Of a stretch of 64,000 bases of DNA, positions 23,057 through 36,853 are shown in pieces. A program made the position numbers and the translations under genes. Source of the DNA: Chrysemys picta bellii (Eukaryota). The notes under the pieces are model-generated. The model worked only from the letters and a program-made list of their open reading frames with translations. It did not search any database and was not told the origin of the DNA. The stretch spans positions 31,620,001 through 31,684,000 of the forward strand of contig NC_088796.1 of the NCBI RefSeq assembly GCF_011386835.1. The letters run 5' to 3'. Numbering within the stretch: position 1 is the first letter of the stretch; each line of letters opens with the position of its first letter.

Positions 23057-23413
23057 CACCTGGTGTGGAGCACCCACAGGGACACCTCTCAAGGAAGAAG
23101 AGGAGGTTACTCACCTTGTGCAGTAACTGATGTTCTTCGAGATGAGGGTCCCTGTGGGTGCTCCACTACTCACCCTCCTCCCATAGACTTCGGAGTTTGG
23201 AGCAGGCTCCATTGTAGTGAAGGAACTGAGGAGTCTGGGCCACGCATCCATTGTTGGCAACATTCGAGGTAGGCACCGTGCATGTGCGGGCCATACGGGT
23301 ACTGCTGCAGAAATCTCTGATCGAAGGCGCAGGGACGCACCTTGACCTGGAGTCAAGCACCCACAGGGACACTCATCTCGACAAACTCAGTTACTGCACA
23401 AGGTAACTTCCTT
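23057..23413 (+). repeat. DIRS-B ICR and right terminal inverted repeat
   Basis: 23101-23167 is complementary to ~23349-23413 (AGCACCCACAGGGAC.CTCATCTCGA...TCAGTTACTGCACAAGGT); 23057-23100 is a second direct terminal-motif copy. Confidence 0.9.
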
Positions 23414-25955
23414 ATCTGGCTGTAATACTAATTTTACAACAACAACAACAAAAGATGGTGTTTAATATTTAAACAAGCCATTCAATCTGAAACATTTCCA
23501 ACAGATGAGCTCTTTAAATAGCTTATTCTGAGTGGATTATTAGGAACAGTGCTTCCTTTGAACAACAAATTCTACTGTCTATGCCAATGTCAACAAAGCT
23601 AATGTTGACACTTGTTGTTACCTGAATGAAGGGGAAGTCAGAACCCATTTTACATTTCTTTGCATAACGCTGTTATCCTCTTGCAATTCATAACACGCTG
23701 GAAGTACATAACTAGTGCACTTAGAATGGTCAAATTATACAGTATTCAAATTCTTTGTGCACGATGTTCAGGTGATACAAAGGTGTATTCTGTGACATCA
23801 CCATCAATCAATAAAATTAGGTTTGTCCAGAACAAGTATTTTTCTAGCCTAAAGAGCTTTGCTTCAGATAAGCACCCGGAAGTTAGTTTCAGATCTTAGC
23901 TAAGCCTTTGTTTGCCAGTCAGGGCTCCTTAGGGGATTCAGGGTAGGCTTTGCTGTCTTATTTTTAGTGAGATACAATATACTCTTTAGCTGCCACTGAA
24001 AGCTGGCTCTGAGCATGTTGAACCTTTGTGTGTCAGTTTCATCGACCCACTTTCCAATAGCCACTGCTTTTGGTTTAGAAATCTCCTGAACATGAGCTGG
24101 AAATCTCCTAAACCCAGGCTTTTTTGTGGGATTACCGGCCCTATTTGTTTCTTGGTGGGTTAGAAATACAGCAAGATGCCTCAGGAGCAACACTGTGGCC
24201 TCAAACATTGACAGTCTTTTTTGATTAAAATTCTGCCATCAAGAAGTGCACTGCGGAGTGATGCACTGCAACCTACCCACATGCGGCTACATGGGATCAT
24301 GGATATCACCTCTGTGATTCTTTCAAACCACGGTCTCTGTGATGGGCGCATGATGTATCAAATTATTCTGATCTCATGCCACAATATCTCTCTATCACTT
24401 GCAGACAATTAAACAGAAAGAATTTCCCATTCACTATTTCTGGGACTATGCAATATAACCTACTACAGACAGTAGGATTTTGGTATATGCCTGCCAGTAG
24501 GTACAGATTACTTATTTATTAAATTGTATGAATTGAATATCGATCTAACATCTTCCTTCTTTCCCATACGTTTTCCTCCCCAAATGATCCCAGTTTAAAG
24601 GTCATACTCCTCAACATGTGAATATTCATCAGAGAAAACTATGTGTTATTCTATCACGCTGATAATTCTGGTTTCTGAGTGAATCACCACAAAGCTTTAG
24701 CATTGTATATGGAGTGAAAAAAAAAGAGTATTGTAAGTATCTAGCATCTTGAGACATGACTACAAAAGCACACCTCTCTGCTCATCACTACCTATATCAT
24801 CGATGTCCCCAGAGACATAATGTTTATGGCAATTTTAACAGCTACCATTGCTAAAGAGTCCTCATTTCATAACAGTGCTATAAATAATTTCCCCAGTGCT
24901 GGTTTCACAGCTGCCAGCAACCTTGGATGAAGGATGAACTGAGATTCTCAGGAGGTGTTTGTGTGTGTGTGCGTGTGCACGCGTGCATCAAGGAATCCCG
25001 AGGTAAAAGGACAAGACAGGAAAGAAGTCAGGGCTCAAGACAGTCCTCAGGATGTAAATGAATATACTGGATTTGTCTTGGGTTTTTGCATGCATGCATT
25101 ACTGTCACTTAGAAAAACTGGATTACAGTAAATACAACCAAACTCCCAGACACTCAGCCTCAAAGCTCTTATTTCCGCCCCTGTAAACGAAAGAATGTTC
25201 TGAAGATGAAGCAGAGAGTGAGACAGTGTGGTGCCATTCGCTGTCTCTAGTGGCCATATTGAACTACTTCATTTACATTTCAATTGTATTAATTCATGCA
25301 TAATTTGGTTTTAAATTATTCCAAGAGGTGATGACATTTATAGAATAATGTTCCGTTAGCTTGCTTTGTGACAGTGAAGGAAAAAGAGATTCTTATCTGT
25401 ACTTGTTTATTTCCTTGTACAGTTCCTCGCTGTAATACATCACTTTCCGTTTGCATCAAGACATGTATTATAAAGCGGAACCTATTTTAGAAAGTGCCTT
25501 TATTAGATGACCACCTGTCCTAGGAGACCACCCTAGATAATTAAGACCTGCTGTTTACAGGAAACCTGACTACTCACAACATTATTAATAGGGGGAAAAA
25601 GTGCAACAGATTTGCTGAACAGAGAAATAATGAATCAAGCGATGAAAAAAATGAGAATGAATTTGAAACTCTTCTGTTGAAATTGAATTTCCCAGTATAG
25701 GGGCTGTGTCAGGGGTGTAGCCAGATCCATTGGGATTGTTGCCAGCTACCATAGGTTAGAACAGCCCCTAGTCTGCCTTCCCTTATGCTGGAACTGAGGC
25801 TGGGACAGAGGTGGGCACAGAATCAAGGAACTGTGTCTGACTTTCTGACAAGCCCCCACTAAATAATCATAACAGTCATACTGGGTAAGGTCTTAGAAAA
25901 TTCTTTGCTCCCCAGGAAAGTGCTAATGTTAGAAAATAAGTTTAAAGTAAAGATA

Positions 25956-26149
25956 CACCTCTACCTCAATATAACGCTGTCCTCGGGAGCCAAAAAATCT
26001 TACCGCGTTATAGGTGACACCGCATTATATTGAATTTGCTTTGATCCACTGGAGTGCTCAGCCCTGCCCTCCCGCCCCCTGGAGCACTGCTTTATCGGTT
26101 ATATCCGAATTTGTATTATATCGGGTCGCATTATATTGAGGTAGCGGTG
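25956..26149 (-). mobile_element. Tc1/mariner (Tigger-like) MITE, same family as 16158-16345
   Basis: TA TSD at 25954-25955 and 26150-26151; internal sequence is the reverse complement of the 16158 copy. Confidence 0.9.
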
Positions 26150-28923
26150 TAATTCCTACTGCAAGAGAGAGATTTGAGGTTTGGATCCCATTCTTAACCT
26201 GCTTGTTTTATTAGAAACAAAGCATGAAATTAAACTAGTCCTTCTCCAAAGCTGAAATACCAGATTTGTGTCCACAACAGCCCATCCACTCACAGCTGGC
26301 CATTCCAACAACACCCCAGCTGCCTTGCTGAAAGCATCACTAAGCTAGTACAGCAGTCCTTTCAATGCACTGAGAAAATGGACACAGATGTATTGCAGCA
26401 TATACATCTACGTGTACTGTCAATTTGTAGGGCACTGGCTAGACCACATTTGAAGAAGCGTATCCGCTTTTGACCACTCTCTTTATAGAAAGAGAGAGCG
26501 TTAAACTTGAGACACTTGGGTCTGTGTGGATCTGCTGACTGCAGAACTTTACTGTGTGCTGTTTATACTAATGCCCCTATGTTTTTTCAGTCTGTCTCTT
26601 ACCAGTGCACTTTTCGATGGATCTGGTAGCTTGACTATTAATGTTGTGGTTCTTTTGGCAGGATAGGAGAGATCCTGCAAAGACTGTAAGATCTTTGGGG
26701 CAGGAACTATCTCTAGCCATGTGTATATACAGCACTTAGCACTATGGACTCCCTAGTTATGGTGGTGGTCTCTTGTCACTACTATAATACAAACAATAGT
26801 TATAATTAATACAGTACCAGACTATGCTTGTATTCCCACCTCTTCCTTCATTCCTTATTGTTCTTTCTTTGGCTTTTCTTTGACTTTTCCTTATTTCAGT
26901 CACATGGTTTACTTTGCAGCGTACAAAGAGGTATGATGTTAGCATTCTGTGACTCACTCCTGTGAGTTCTTTTCATTGTATATCAAATTGAAATGTTGTT
27001 TCTTTGTAATTACAGATTCTAAGATCTGGTTTGTTTTCCTTACAGGGATGGAAAGATAATACATTAGACTTAGCTGCTCCTCTAGGCTATGCATGTGCTA
27101 CTGGGTACTGATGACAACAGAAACTTTTCAGCTCAGTTTAAATGAGAATCAGTTACAAGTTAGAAAGGAAGCACGAGACCCTGGATCTCTCATTAGTTTT
27201 CTGTTTGCTGGGATATGAAATCAATAACTTCTCTAAAAGCACCTTGCTTTTGAATATCGCTGCCCATTGCTTAGACAGATGCATCTTTGGAGACAACACA
27301 CGGTGGGATGCAAGGATACAGATGGACCATTCCACAAATTGCAATATATGTGCCAGATGTTTTGCTGAGTCTAGTGCACCATGTCTATAATTCACTGAAA
27401 CTGTGAGTTTTGCACCCAATAATATATCAGGCCTTAGTTTTTTCTCTAGCCCTGATAATCTTTGGATAGACTAGATAGTTGAGAGGCTTTTCTGTTTGCT
27501 CCATAATCTCCTTTCTAAATTCAGTCATTTCCTGACTTGGCTGCTGCACATATAATATTATACTGATGTTGTCAAGTTGTCAAGTCTCTCTGGCATAGCA
27601 ATATATCAAGGGTTCCCCTGCACCTCTTTTTAATTAACAAAGTCATATTGCGGTGGGTTCACTATGCACGGACGGTATGTGTGTGAAGATGGGCAGGTGT
27701 GGGCCCCAGGCTTGCTAAAGGGTTCACCTGTAGTATTCTAGGACATACAGTAAAGTGGTTGAACACATCTTGCATGTCACTTTCTATTTGTACAGCCATC
27801 AGTATATCAAAACCCAGCCGTCTTCCCTGAGATCCCCTTTCGCAAATCCCAGAGTATTAATCTTCCCTGTTCTCTAGATTTTCTTTCTACTTTTCCCCCT
27901 TAATTGCAGAATCTGGGCTAAGGCCCTGATACTGCAAAACGCTCACATCTATGCTTAGATTTCAGAACAGAAGCAGTCCCATTGATTTCAGTGGGGCTGC
28001 TTACATGCTTACACTTAAGCTTATGGGCTTCACTGGTTTGGAACCTAAATGGTAATTCAGTGACTGGACTGATACCGGAGCTGCTACAAAGACAACCATA
28101 TATATATGATGAGATATGGAGTGTGGAGTGGAACTAAATGCTGGCAATTGAAAAACCCAAGTACAGCAGTTAAGTATGAACGGTGTGTGGATGACCTATA
28201 TATCATCCCCAGCCAAATGCATTTTGATATATGAGTAGATTTGTTTAGGTGAGTTTTTAAGATAATGTCTCTTTGAGGCCCCAGACAGCTGTGCTGTGAG
28301 ATAGACTGTGCTGTGAGTGTATTCATATTTTGTTTATGAAGTGGCAAATCCTGTCAGCATTTACTTTAATTTTTCATGTTTACCATCAAAACAAATATAA
28401 TAAAATAGCTTCTGCACATCCCTAACCAATGCTCAGCCTAAATAGGATTTTAATTAAAAACAAAACAAAGAAAAAAACAATAACTGAGTGCATCTTTTAT
28501 TAATTTCAGCTTCAAGCTTTTCTTCATGCTCATTTAGTGAAGCTGTTACAGACTCATGTCTAGGAGTGTAAAGGCTGGAAGTGCTGTGGTGAGTGTCGGG
28601 ACAGTGATTGGCAATGATAAATAAGAGACATTTTGCAGACAGAAATGACATTAAGTTGATGTTAGAATATGGTCCTAAACCCCTGGAATGTTTAGCTAAA
28701 TATCTGATGGGGAAGAGGTTTTTTTTCCTTTCTAGTGCCTCAGTAGGATTGTTGCTATTTTCATGCATTTTTGTGGGCTGCTTTTAGCACAATTTGTTCA
28801 TATATTTGATCTAAAATGTCAGATTAATCAACTGATTATTGCAAATGTCATAGTTCTAATTTTCGATGCATAAATCAATACAAAAGAGAGAGAGGCAAAT
28901 TACTGCATTGCTACTGTTTCATT

Positions 28924-28939
28924 GGCCCACTAGAGGGCA
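28924..28939 (+). promoter_or_regulatory. Candidate CTCF core site
   Basis: GGCCCACTAGAGGGCA fits CCASYAGRKGGCR. Motif match only. Confidence 0.35.
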
Positions 28940-29728
28940 ATGCAGATTTCACTGCCCCATGGGGAGGTCTAGGAGGGTTTGTGCATCAGGGAGACACAAG
29001 TAGCCCACTGTGTTGAGGGACTGTGTAGGCTGCATCATGGTATGCAAAGATGCAGCATGCTTTCTCCTCCTTCCTTTTGCAGGGCCCACTCTGCCTGCAG
29101 GTACAATGGGGGCAAAGCCATAGTTTGAATCTCACCCTTTTGCAAATGCTAGTGCTACTCTAGGTGAAAGCTTTATTCCCTGTGTGCTGGGACTGAGACT
29201 ATCAGTGTCTGGACCCTGGGCAGGGGAACAAAAGGGAAAAAGACTCTCCAGACTCTCTACACCCCCCTTCAAAACTACACAAGAAAATAAGACTCAACAC
29301 CTGTATTTCTTTTAGCTATGACAGAAAAAGCATTGCATTTGACCAGGGTTCACCTCAGACTTTGAATTACAGTAACTTCACTGGGAGCAGAATCAGGCCC
29401 GACTTTCCAGTTGTCTCATCCAGCTCTAGATGTTTTAGCATCCACATCCGGGCCCATGCAATACTATTGGTCCTCGACTCTCAGGCCCTGAACCTGCAAA
29501 TACTTACACACATGCTTACTTTTAAGCACATTAAGTCAATTGGAAGTGAAGTCCATAGGACTACTCACCAGAATATTTGCAGGATTGGGGCTTTTATTTC
29601 CCTAATATAGAGTCCATTTATTCCTATTAGAATTGATTTGCTTTGACATTAACAATGGCTTCTGTTGAGAACTGTCCCCTCGACAAAAAGTCTTTCAGTG
29701 CTGGCATTGATGACTATGCAGAGACATA

Positions 29729-29905
29729 AGGGATAGCTCAGTGGTTTGAGCATTAGCCTGCTAAACCTAGGGTTGTGAGTTCAATCCTTGATAGGGCCAC
29801 TTAGGGATCAGGGCAAAATTGGTCCTGCTAGTGAAGGCAGGGGGCTGGACTCAATGACCTTTCAGGGTCCCTTCCAGCTCTATGAGATAGGTATATCTCC
29901 ATAAT
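29729..29905 (+). mobile_element. Tortoise-type tRNA-derived Pol III SINE with CR1-like 3' part
   Basis: A box TAGCTCAGTGG (29734-29744), B box GAGTTCAATCC (29777-29787), followed by CR1-like GGGGGCTGGACTCAATGACCT...GGTCCCTTCCAG. Confidence 0.92.
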
Positions 29906-32900
29906 TGATAAGCATGTGGGCTCCATTTCTCCTGCAGCAGAGGAAGCTAGACCTGGGCTGAAGATTCCTCCAACAACTTTTATTAATATAAAATGAGTTT
30001 GTTAAGTTCATGAAGCCTCCAAAATAACCTCAAAGAATAATTACATCCTTTTGAAAAAATGGTGAATTTTATTTGTGAAAAATGCTTGATTTTCTTGTGT
30101 GAAAAAAATTAATTGAAATTTCAGAAATTCAGTCATCATAGTAATTAATTAAACAGTTACATGACACTTGAGGGAGGTAGTGGGAGGAGAGGCCAAGTAT
30201 ATATGGATGTGATTTGTGGGGATGGAAAGAGAATGAGGCTTTGAGTACGGGGACAGGAGAAGGAGATGGGTATGAGAGGGTTGTGGTGGGTAGAGTGGAG
30301 AGAAAATTTAAAAGTGGAAGGCAAGAGACTGAGAAAAACCCTGGAGGGACTGATGAGGAAGGGGAAGCAAGAGGAGAAAGGAGTGAATTAGAAGGACCAG
30401 TGATGATATATAGGACTAATGAATGTAGGAGCGGGCACAGAGGGAAGCAAGAGGAATGTGAAGCAGCAGGATGAAAGGAGTGAATAGTAAATACAAAGAT
30501 CAATTGCCACATAATATCAACAAATACAATTGAGGGAACACCTACTGAAATGGAGGAAAAGATATCAGAAGACAGATATATAGAAAAAAGATTGAAATAG
30601 AAAATAGAGTGAGGGGAAGGTAAAATGGAGGCAGAACAGACAGTGTTAGTGTCATTAAAACACTTAATAGAAAGCTTACTGCTAAAAGGTTACAATAAAT
30701 AATCCAATAAAACATGTTAGAAAAATAAAGAGGGAGCTAGAAGGGTGGGCCTGGGAAATGGAAAAGGACATTTTCATATTTGCTGAAGACAGCAAAAAGA
30801 TTAGGGCCAATCCTTACAGGGTATCCCACCAATTTGCTTCATATAATTTTATAATTTTCTTTTCTACACTAATAACCATTCTCTCACTTTGTCCCACTCT
30901 TAGCTTTTTATAAAGCTTGCACCCAACTCATCCTCTTTTACAATGGTACTGGAGATTTTCATTAAAGAATTTGCCCTAGTGTCTATGACGTTTGGGGCAT
31001 ATAACATCCCCGCTGTCCATTTGTTCGGCTTCACTGGGGCATCTGGAGGTCACTGATGGGGAGACTCCCGCATGCTTACTGACATTTGGCTTAGCGGGGA
31101 CAGACTGATGTTTCGGTGAGAGAGCCCAGCAGAGTGTAGTGGGGAATGTATTCATGTGGTTTCTAGTCCCAAAGAGTACTCACAAAGTCATATCTTATTG
31201 TGAATCTTAGGTAGAGTCTAGGGAGCTCACTATCAGCTGATGAATTTCATTCTCATCATGTTTTGACCTCTTCTTGCAGTTTGAGGTTGGGACATAGGGA
31301 GACCTCAGGAAGACAGTCATCCACTTGGGTGTAGGGTGAGACTACCTGCTATTTCCAACAGTCATCTATCATAGAGCTATAGTCATGTTAATGGAAAACT
31401 GGGGTCTAGTGAAGGAGGAGTAATCTTCTATGCCAAGTATCTGCTCCAGCTCCTCAGTGATGCTGGTAAGGCAAGTGGAGCTGGTGGAAATGCTGCTGCA
31501 TGGGAGATTGTTCCTGAGGTGAAAAGACACTCCTTCATATCTCTCTTCTTACTGAATGTCAGGTGAAAATATTAATTGTAGAGTATGAACATTATGATGT
31601 GAGGGTTTTAGCTGCCTCACCTACAACAGATAATCCTCATGGAAAAATAATGTGGTATTATTCTCCAAAGTGTAAACCACATTATATATTTGGTAACTAC
31701 AGTTGGAGTAACATTTTGTTAGCTCTTAGTGACTATTGTTTTGAGTAATTCCCAGTCCATTTTAGTACAGCATATAAAACAAGAGAGAGAAAATACACAG
31801 ACAGTGCAGGTTCTGTGCATGAAAACCTTTTGAGAAAAGTAAAGCATTCAACTGGTGAAAAGGGTCATTTATTACAAACAAAAACTCTTATTTTATACAA
31901 TCAGATTCACTTTATTTGTTCATAGTCTGTTTTTTTTTAATCTTAGGTTATTTCAAGCATTACATGAAGAATTCAGGTCACGTTGAATATTTCTCTCAGG
32001 AGACATGGGTTTTGATGACTTTTGTCCTCTTTTTCTTTTTTTTATCTAGGTGACCATGATGAAAAACAATCTATAAGAATAGGTAGATGATGAAGATGAA
32101 TAGAACTGCTCAGTGATTGACCATGGCAGTGGTCAAAATCTAGAGTACCAAATCAGCTAACTGCGGTGAGGATTAGTACCCTGTAAAACTGTTGATTGAT
32201 GAGCACCTCCTATTCTTAGAATCCAACACAACATGACACTTTCTTGAACCAGTGCAATTGAAATATGAGACTGTAGAATGAACTTGACATGAAGAGGAAG
32301 GTGCTCTATGGAGGAAAAGAGAAAATTAGAAACAAAAAGCGCTGTGATTATGGCCATGATAACTATAGTGCATAGTGTAGATAGGAGAAAAGGTTACTTT
32401 TAGATTCCTTTTTTTATACTGACATCAGAAATGAGGCGTCTATTTGTCTATCTAACTCCATCTGTATAGTTACAATGCTATGTAGCCATAAATGCTTTAA
32501 GTCAAGACTAAATATTGAATTGCTTGATATGTATGTTTTATAAATTGTCTAGAAAAATATCACTGACAGTTCTGTAATCATGATAGTTTATGCAGTTAAA
32601 ATGCTAGTTATGTTGCAGACTACAGAAATACACTTATTCATAGTGCCTTTTCTGCAGCCACTGTGCATGTGAAACTCCCACTGAATTCAGTGAAGTTGCA
32701 TATGCAAAGTGATTGCAGAACTGCCTACGAAGAAGGTTTTTTCCAAGGATACTCATGTTAACCAATACTAACATACTAGTCTAGAAACCAACAGTGAATA
32801 TTTTATCCCTTGACTTTTCAGTGTTCTTCCCCTTTCTTCACACTTACCCTAAACCAATTGGTAAACTGGCCCAATTTAATAGTGTACATTTGTAAATAAA

Positions 32901-33378
32901 CCTAATTTCCATGATATACCATAGTGAGTAAAGAGAGGATGACTCAGTACAGGTGTACCAAAATATTAGAAACTGTTCAATATTATAACTGTCGCCATAT
33001 GTGATGATTACAGGAAAATACATTGATTTCTCCACTTGACCCTACAAGACAGTGGCAGATAATAAAATAAACCAGGTAGTAGTCCTGAAATTTCAAGGAT
33101 TTACTACAAAACAACAGTTATAAAAAGAGGCTCTAGACTCTTGGGATAGGGAAGGTATTAACGTTAAGCCTCAAAGTTGATGGGAAGACTCCTATTTTTC
33201 TTCAATGGGCTTTGTATCAAGTCTATTATGCTTTGGATTCTACGCCACTGCTAGCCAATATCCCCATTCTGGTTCTGCGATGGTCTGATGTGCTTTGATA
33301 GTTATTAGAAAGAGCCACAGGATCCCAGACATTTTAAAGGAATGCATGCTGGATATCAGTTTAAAAGTGCACAGAAAA

Positions 33379-33482
33379 TAAGGTGACCAGACATCCTGAT
33401 TTTCAGGACTTTGTCTTATATAGGTGCCTATTTATCCCCCATCCACTGCCTGATTTTTCACCCTTGCTATCCGGTCACCTTA
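33379..33482. mobile_element. 104-bp hAT MITE related to 6084-6560
   Basis: TAAGGTGACCAGA...CCGGTCACCTTA; exact 8-bp TSD ACAGAAAA (33371-33378, 33483-33490). Confidence 0.9.
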
Positions 33483-35635
33483 ACAGAAAAGCCTTTAACT
33501 TTTGAGAGGAAAAGAAGATTTTGACAACTGGCTCTTGGGAAAATAGAAAGTACAGCTTTCCACCTGACTTGCCTGCTGTGAAGTATTTTCTAAGCACGCA
33601 CAGTATAATCTGCAGTATAAAACACAGTTTAAGTTAGTATCATATAAAAAGTGATGACCTCTTCACTTTAATGAAAAGAGATCTGGAAAACATCCCATAT
33701 ATGCATCTTTTCCTGCAGATGAATGTGAGGCGAAATACAGTACATAGTTAATCAAATACCTTAAATAATCACTTCAAAGCTGTATGCTTATAAATCATTC
33801 CTACTACTTTTCTAATGACATCACAAGAAAAGCTGCCAAAATCACTCCTTGGAAGATAATACAAAATTTTGAACAGTAGATCAGACTTGGAAAGTTTGCA
33901 CATAATAGAAGTAAGGGATCCTAATGCAGGTAATTTTGAGAATGTCAGTACCTGGCCCAAAATTTCTCATACCAGGAGATTAGAAGCAGCGGTCATTTTG
34001 GATGATCTCTCTAGAATTTGTTAGACTCCTGCCCTGTGGAACACTTTCAGACTGGCCAAGGAGAAATTAAAGGATTCCAGATGTTGAGAAATGCTTGATT
34101 TGGCAGAGTGACTTATCCAGGATTGAATATAACATTCTTCACAGCTCTCACAGAGGGAAAGTCTAAACAAGCAGAAGACGCCACGAAGTTGTGCACTTTG
34201 CTATAGACTAACTTTAAAAGCCCTGATTATAGAATAATTCTGAGAAAGTAACTGACAAATAGGAAAGATGGGTAAATGCAGAAGAAGACACAGGTTTGGA
34301 GTTTTGTAACTCTTACAAGTGTTTAACCACTGTGTCATGACACTATCAGATTTTATGCAATTATTTATATTCCAAATTCATTCACTAAAAGGAGACGTAT
34401 TTCATATGTGTTGATTAATACTGGGCACCTAACCACAAAGGCTTGGAAGTAGATTCAGATAATCATCAAAAAGATGCTCATCTAAGTTTGTGAAACTCTA
34501 TTGTGTGGAAATCAGATTGAAAAATCTCACAAAACCAAAGAGTTCTACCATTTCCTGTTTTCACTTGGTCAGAAATCTTGTGAGTACAGGTTTGTTTGTT
34601 TGCATGATTCATAATATTTCAGTACTTCCAATTTTAGCTAATAGCAGAAAGAACAATGATGGGTGAAAAGGTAACTAAAAATGAAGAAATATCCACCATA
34701 ACCAAAACCACAAGTCCAAACACCACTCAACTTTAGGAAAAATCAGATCAGAATCTAGATTTGGATCCAAATAGCTTCTTCTTCCAGTAATTGGCCAAAT
34801 CAAAACCTACAGCCAAACACCTTGCCTAAGCTCTGTCAAAGATCAGATCAGAATAAGAATCTAGTTTTGAACTTTCCAGTTTGGGCCTGACTCTAAAAAA
34901 AAGTTAAAGCTAAATATGTTGAATCTCTTTCAGTTTGGAGTAAATTCCGATTTAGTACAAATCAGTGCTTGCCTCCATAATAGATGTTAAGACCCCCAAC
35001 AGGTCTTAACAAATTGGATTATATGTTTGACAGATAATCATCTGCTTGCTGGTCACACAGTATGCTTTTTCAAAGGCATCTAGCTGAAGTCCACCCATCT
35101 CTTTTATCATCCTTATTGCACTGGAAAACACTGACTTTGTGAAAGAGAACTGATACTGCCAAAAATGTGGGAGATGTCAGGGTTATTTTGTATAAGAAGC
35201 TTATAAAGCCTCAGTTCTTTTATGGAAAAATCCTATAGTCTTTAATTGAGAATGATAATCTCTCTCTGGTAGTTTTAATCTAACCTATACATTCTATAGC
35301 ATGGTCATAATTTTCTATTAATTAAATTCTATAATTCAGTTTTACAAATCCTATGGAGGATAGCATTTGCTATTAAATTCTATAGGATTTTACAGTCATT
35401 CCTCTAGAACTCCTTTAGTTTCATGATCCCTATTAATTTTTAGAGTACTTTTCCATAAAAGGTGAACCATAATTTGGTTATGGAGCAGGAATCCATTAGG
35501 TGTATCAGATCTACCAACCTGAGCACAGGCTGAGGGTCAGTCAGTCAGTATGTTTGGTATCTGTTCCTGCCTGCCATTCACTCATTGTGTGGATTTGGAC
35601 AACTAATGTGACATTTCAGTTAACCGTAAAATAGC

Positions 35636-36130
35636 AGAAGGACGGTCCAATGGTTAGGACACTACCCAGGGTTCAATTTCCTGCTCCAACACAGACTTCC
35701 TACATGACTTTGGGCAAATCACACAGGGTATGTCTATACTTCAAGATGGAGGTGTAATCTGCAGCTTGGGTCGACATACGTGTGCTATCTTTGATCAAAC
35801 TAGTATGCAACAATAGAACAACAGTAGCTGCATAGCACAGACAGTGGGATGGGCTAGACACCCAGAGTATAATCATTGCCCAGGACCTTATGTACTTAGT
35901 CAGGCTGCTAGCTCATCTTGCCACTGTGACTACATTTCTATTTTTGGCACACTAGCTTGATCAAAGCTAGCCCTTGTATGTCTACTGTCATCTTGCAATG
36001 TAGACTGTACCCATACTTTCTCAGTTCCTCAGTTCCACATTTACACAATGGGGATAACAGCACTTCCCTACCTCACATGGGTGTTATGAGGGTAAATACA
36101 TTAAAGATTGTGAGACATTCAGCTATTATG
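35636..36130 (+). mobile_element. MIR/CORE-SINE split by a Harbinger-type MITE (35726-36012)
   Basis: tRNA-like head and ACTTTGGGCAAATCAC, resuming CTCAGTTCCTCAGTTCCACATTTACACAATGGGGATAA. Insert has GGGTATGTCTATACT...TGTAGACTGTACCC termini. Confidence 0.8.
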
Positions 36131-36171
36131 TTGAAGGTGGCCCTATAAGTATCAAAGACAGAAAATGGTGG

Positions 36172-36853
36172 TGTCATGGAGTCACCGGGCCAATGCTCGG
36201 GAACTACTCCATACAAAGCCAGTCAGGACTCTGGAGGAGCATGCCTCCTCTCTCTGAACATACTGTTGGCAGGGCAAGAAGCTTACACAGCTTCGACCTT
36301 CCTGGGTCTGACCTCGGACCATTCAGCATCCCCTACCACACCGTGCGCTTCCCGCAGCGAGTCCGTCCGGGCAGGGTTCTGGGGAAGCCAGAGGGTCCTG
36401 CACCCTAATTCCTCAGTCAGCAGTGACTCTCAGCCAGCATGTAGAACAGAAGGGTGTATTAGTTGACAGGAGCACAGCGTAGAACAGAGCTTGCTATCAC
36501 AGAAATCAGTGACTTTCAGCCAAGTCCATCTTGGGGAGTCCTGGGCCAGATTGCCCAGCTACCAGCGATCCGACCTCCTACACACCCATTGCTCCTCCTT
36601 GTCCTCTTTGTCCTGCTTCCCAGGCAAAAGGTGTCACCTGGTCGCATCTCCCTCCTGGGTCTCAGGTTACATAAGTGCAGACAGCTGGCCAGCCTGACCT
36701 GCCCCATGGGCCGCAGCAAAAATCACACACCAAATTCCCACCACCAAAATATTGTTGCAGTACACAGGGAAATGGAGGTACACACAGTATTAGTATAGGA
36801 CAGTAAGACTCACATGCAACATAACAAGATGAATAAAACCCCACTTTGTCACA
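36172..36853 (-). mobile_element. Solo LTR
   Basis: TGTCA...TGTCACA ends; flanks GGTGG / GGGGG (5-bp TSD with one mismatch). Confidence 0.75.

Larger units (their letters stand above)
19011..23413 (+). mobile_element. DIRS1-type retrotransposon (copy B, different subfamily), left end missing, interrupted by a Penelope element
   Basis: gag C-terminus, RT, RNase H, MT, YR and ICR/right ITR in order. Terminal sequence (GAGCACCCACAGGGAC) differs from copy A. Confidence 0.94.

Noticed and set aside
25240-25256. Reverse CTCF-like motif
   Set aside because: Mismatches in the GGGC part of the core make it too weak to call.
29729-29800. tRNA gene (also 56840-56918 and 59520-59599)
   Set aside because: The A/B boxes continue into CR1-like sequence and no acceptor stem closes, so these are SINE heads.
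30129-30720. Purine-rich tract with 86-aa and 127-aa ORFs
   Set aside because: Compositional bias explains the open frames; possibly a decayed L2-like fragment, but I could not support a call.
30870-31560. Possible decayed LTR-retrotransposon integrase on the minus strand
   Set aside because: Only vague resemblance; no motif could be read in any frame.
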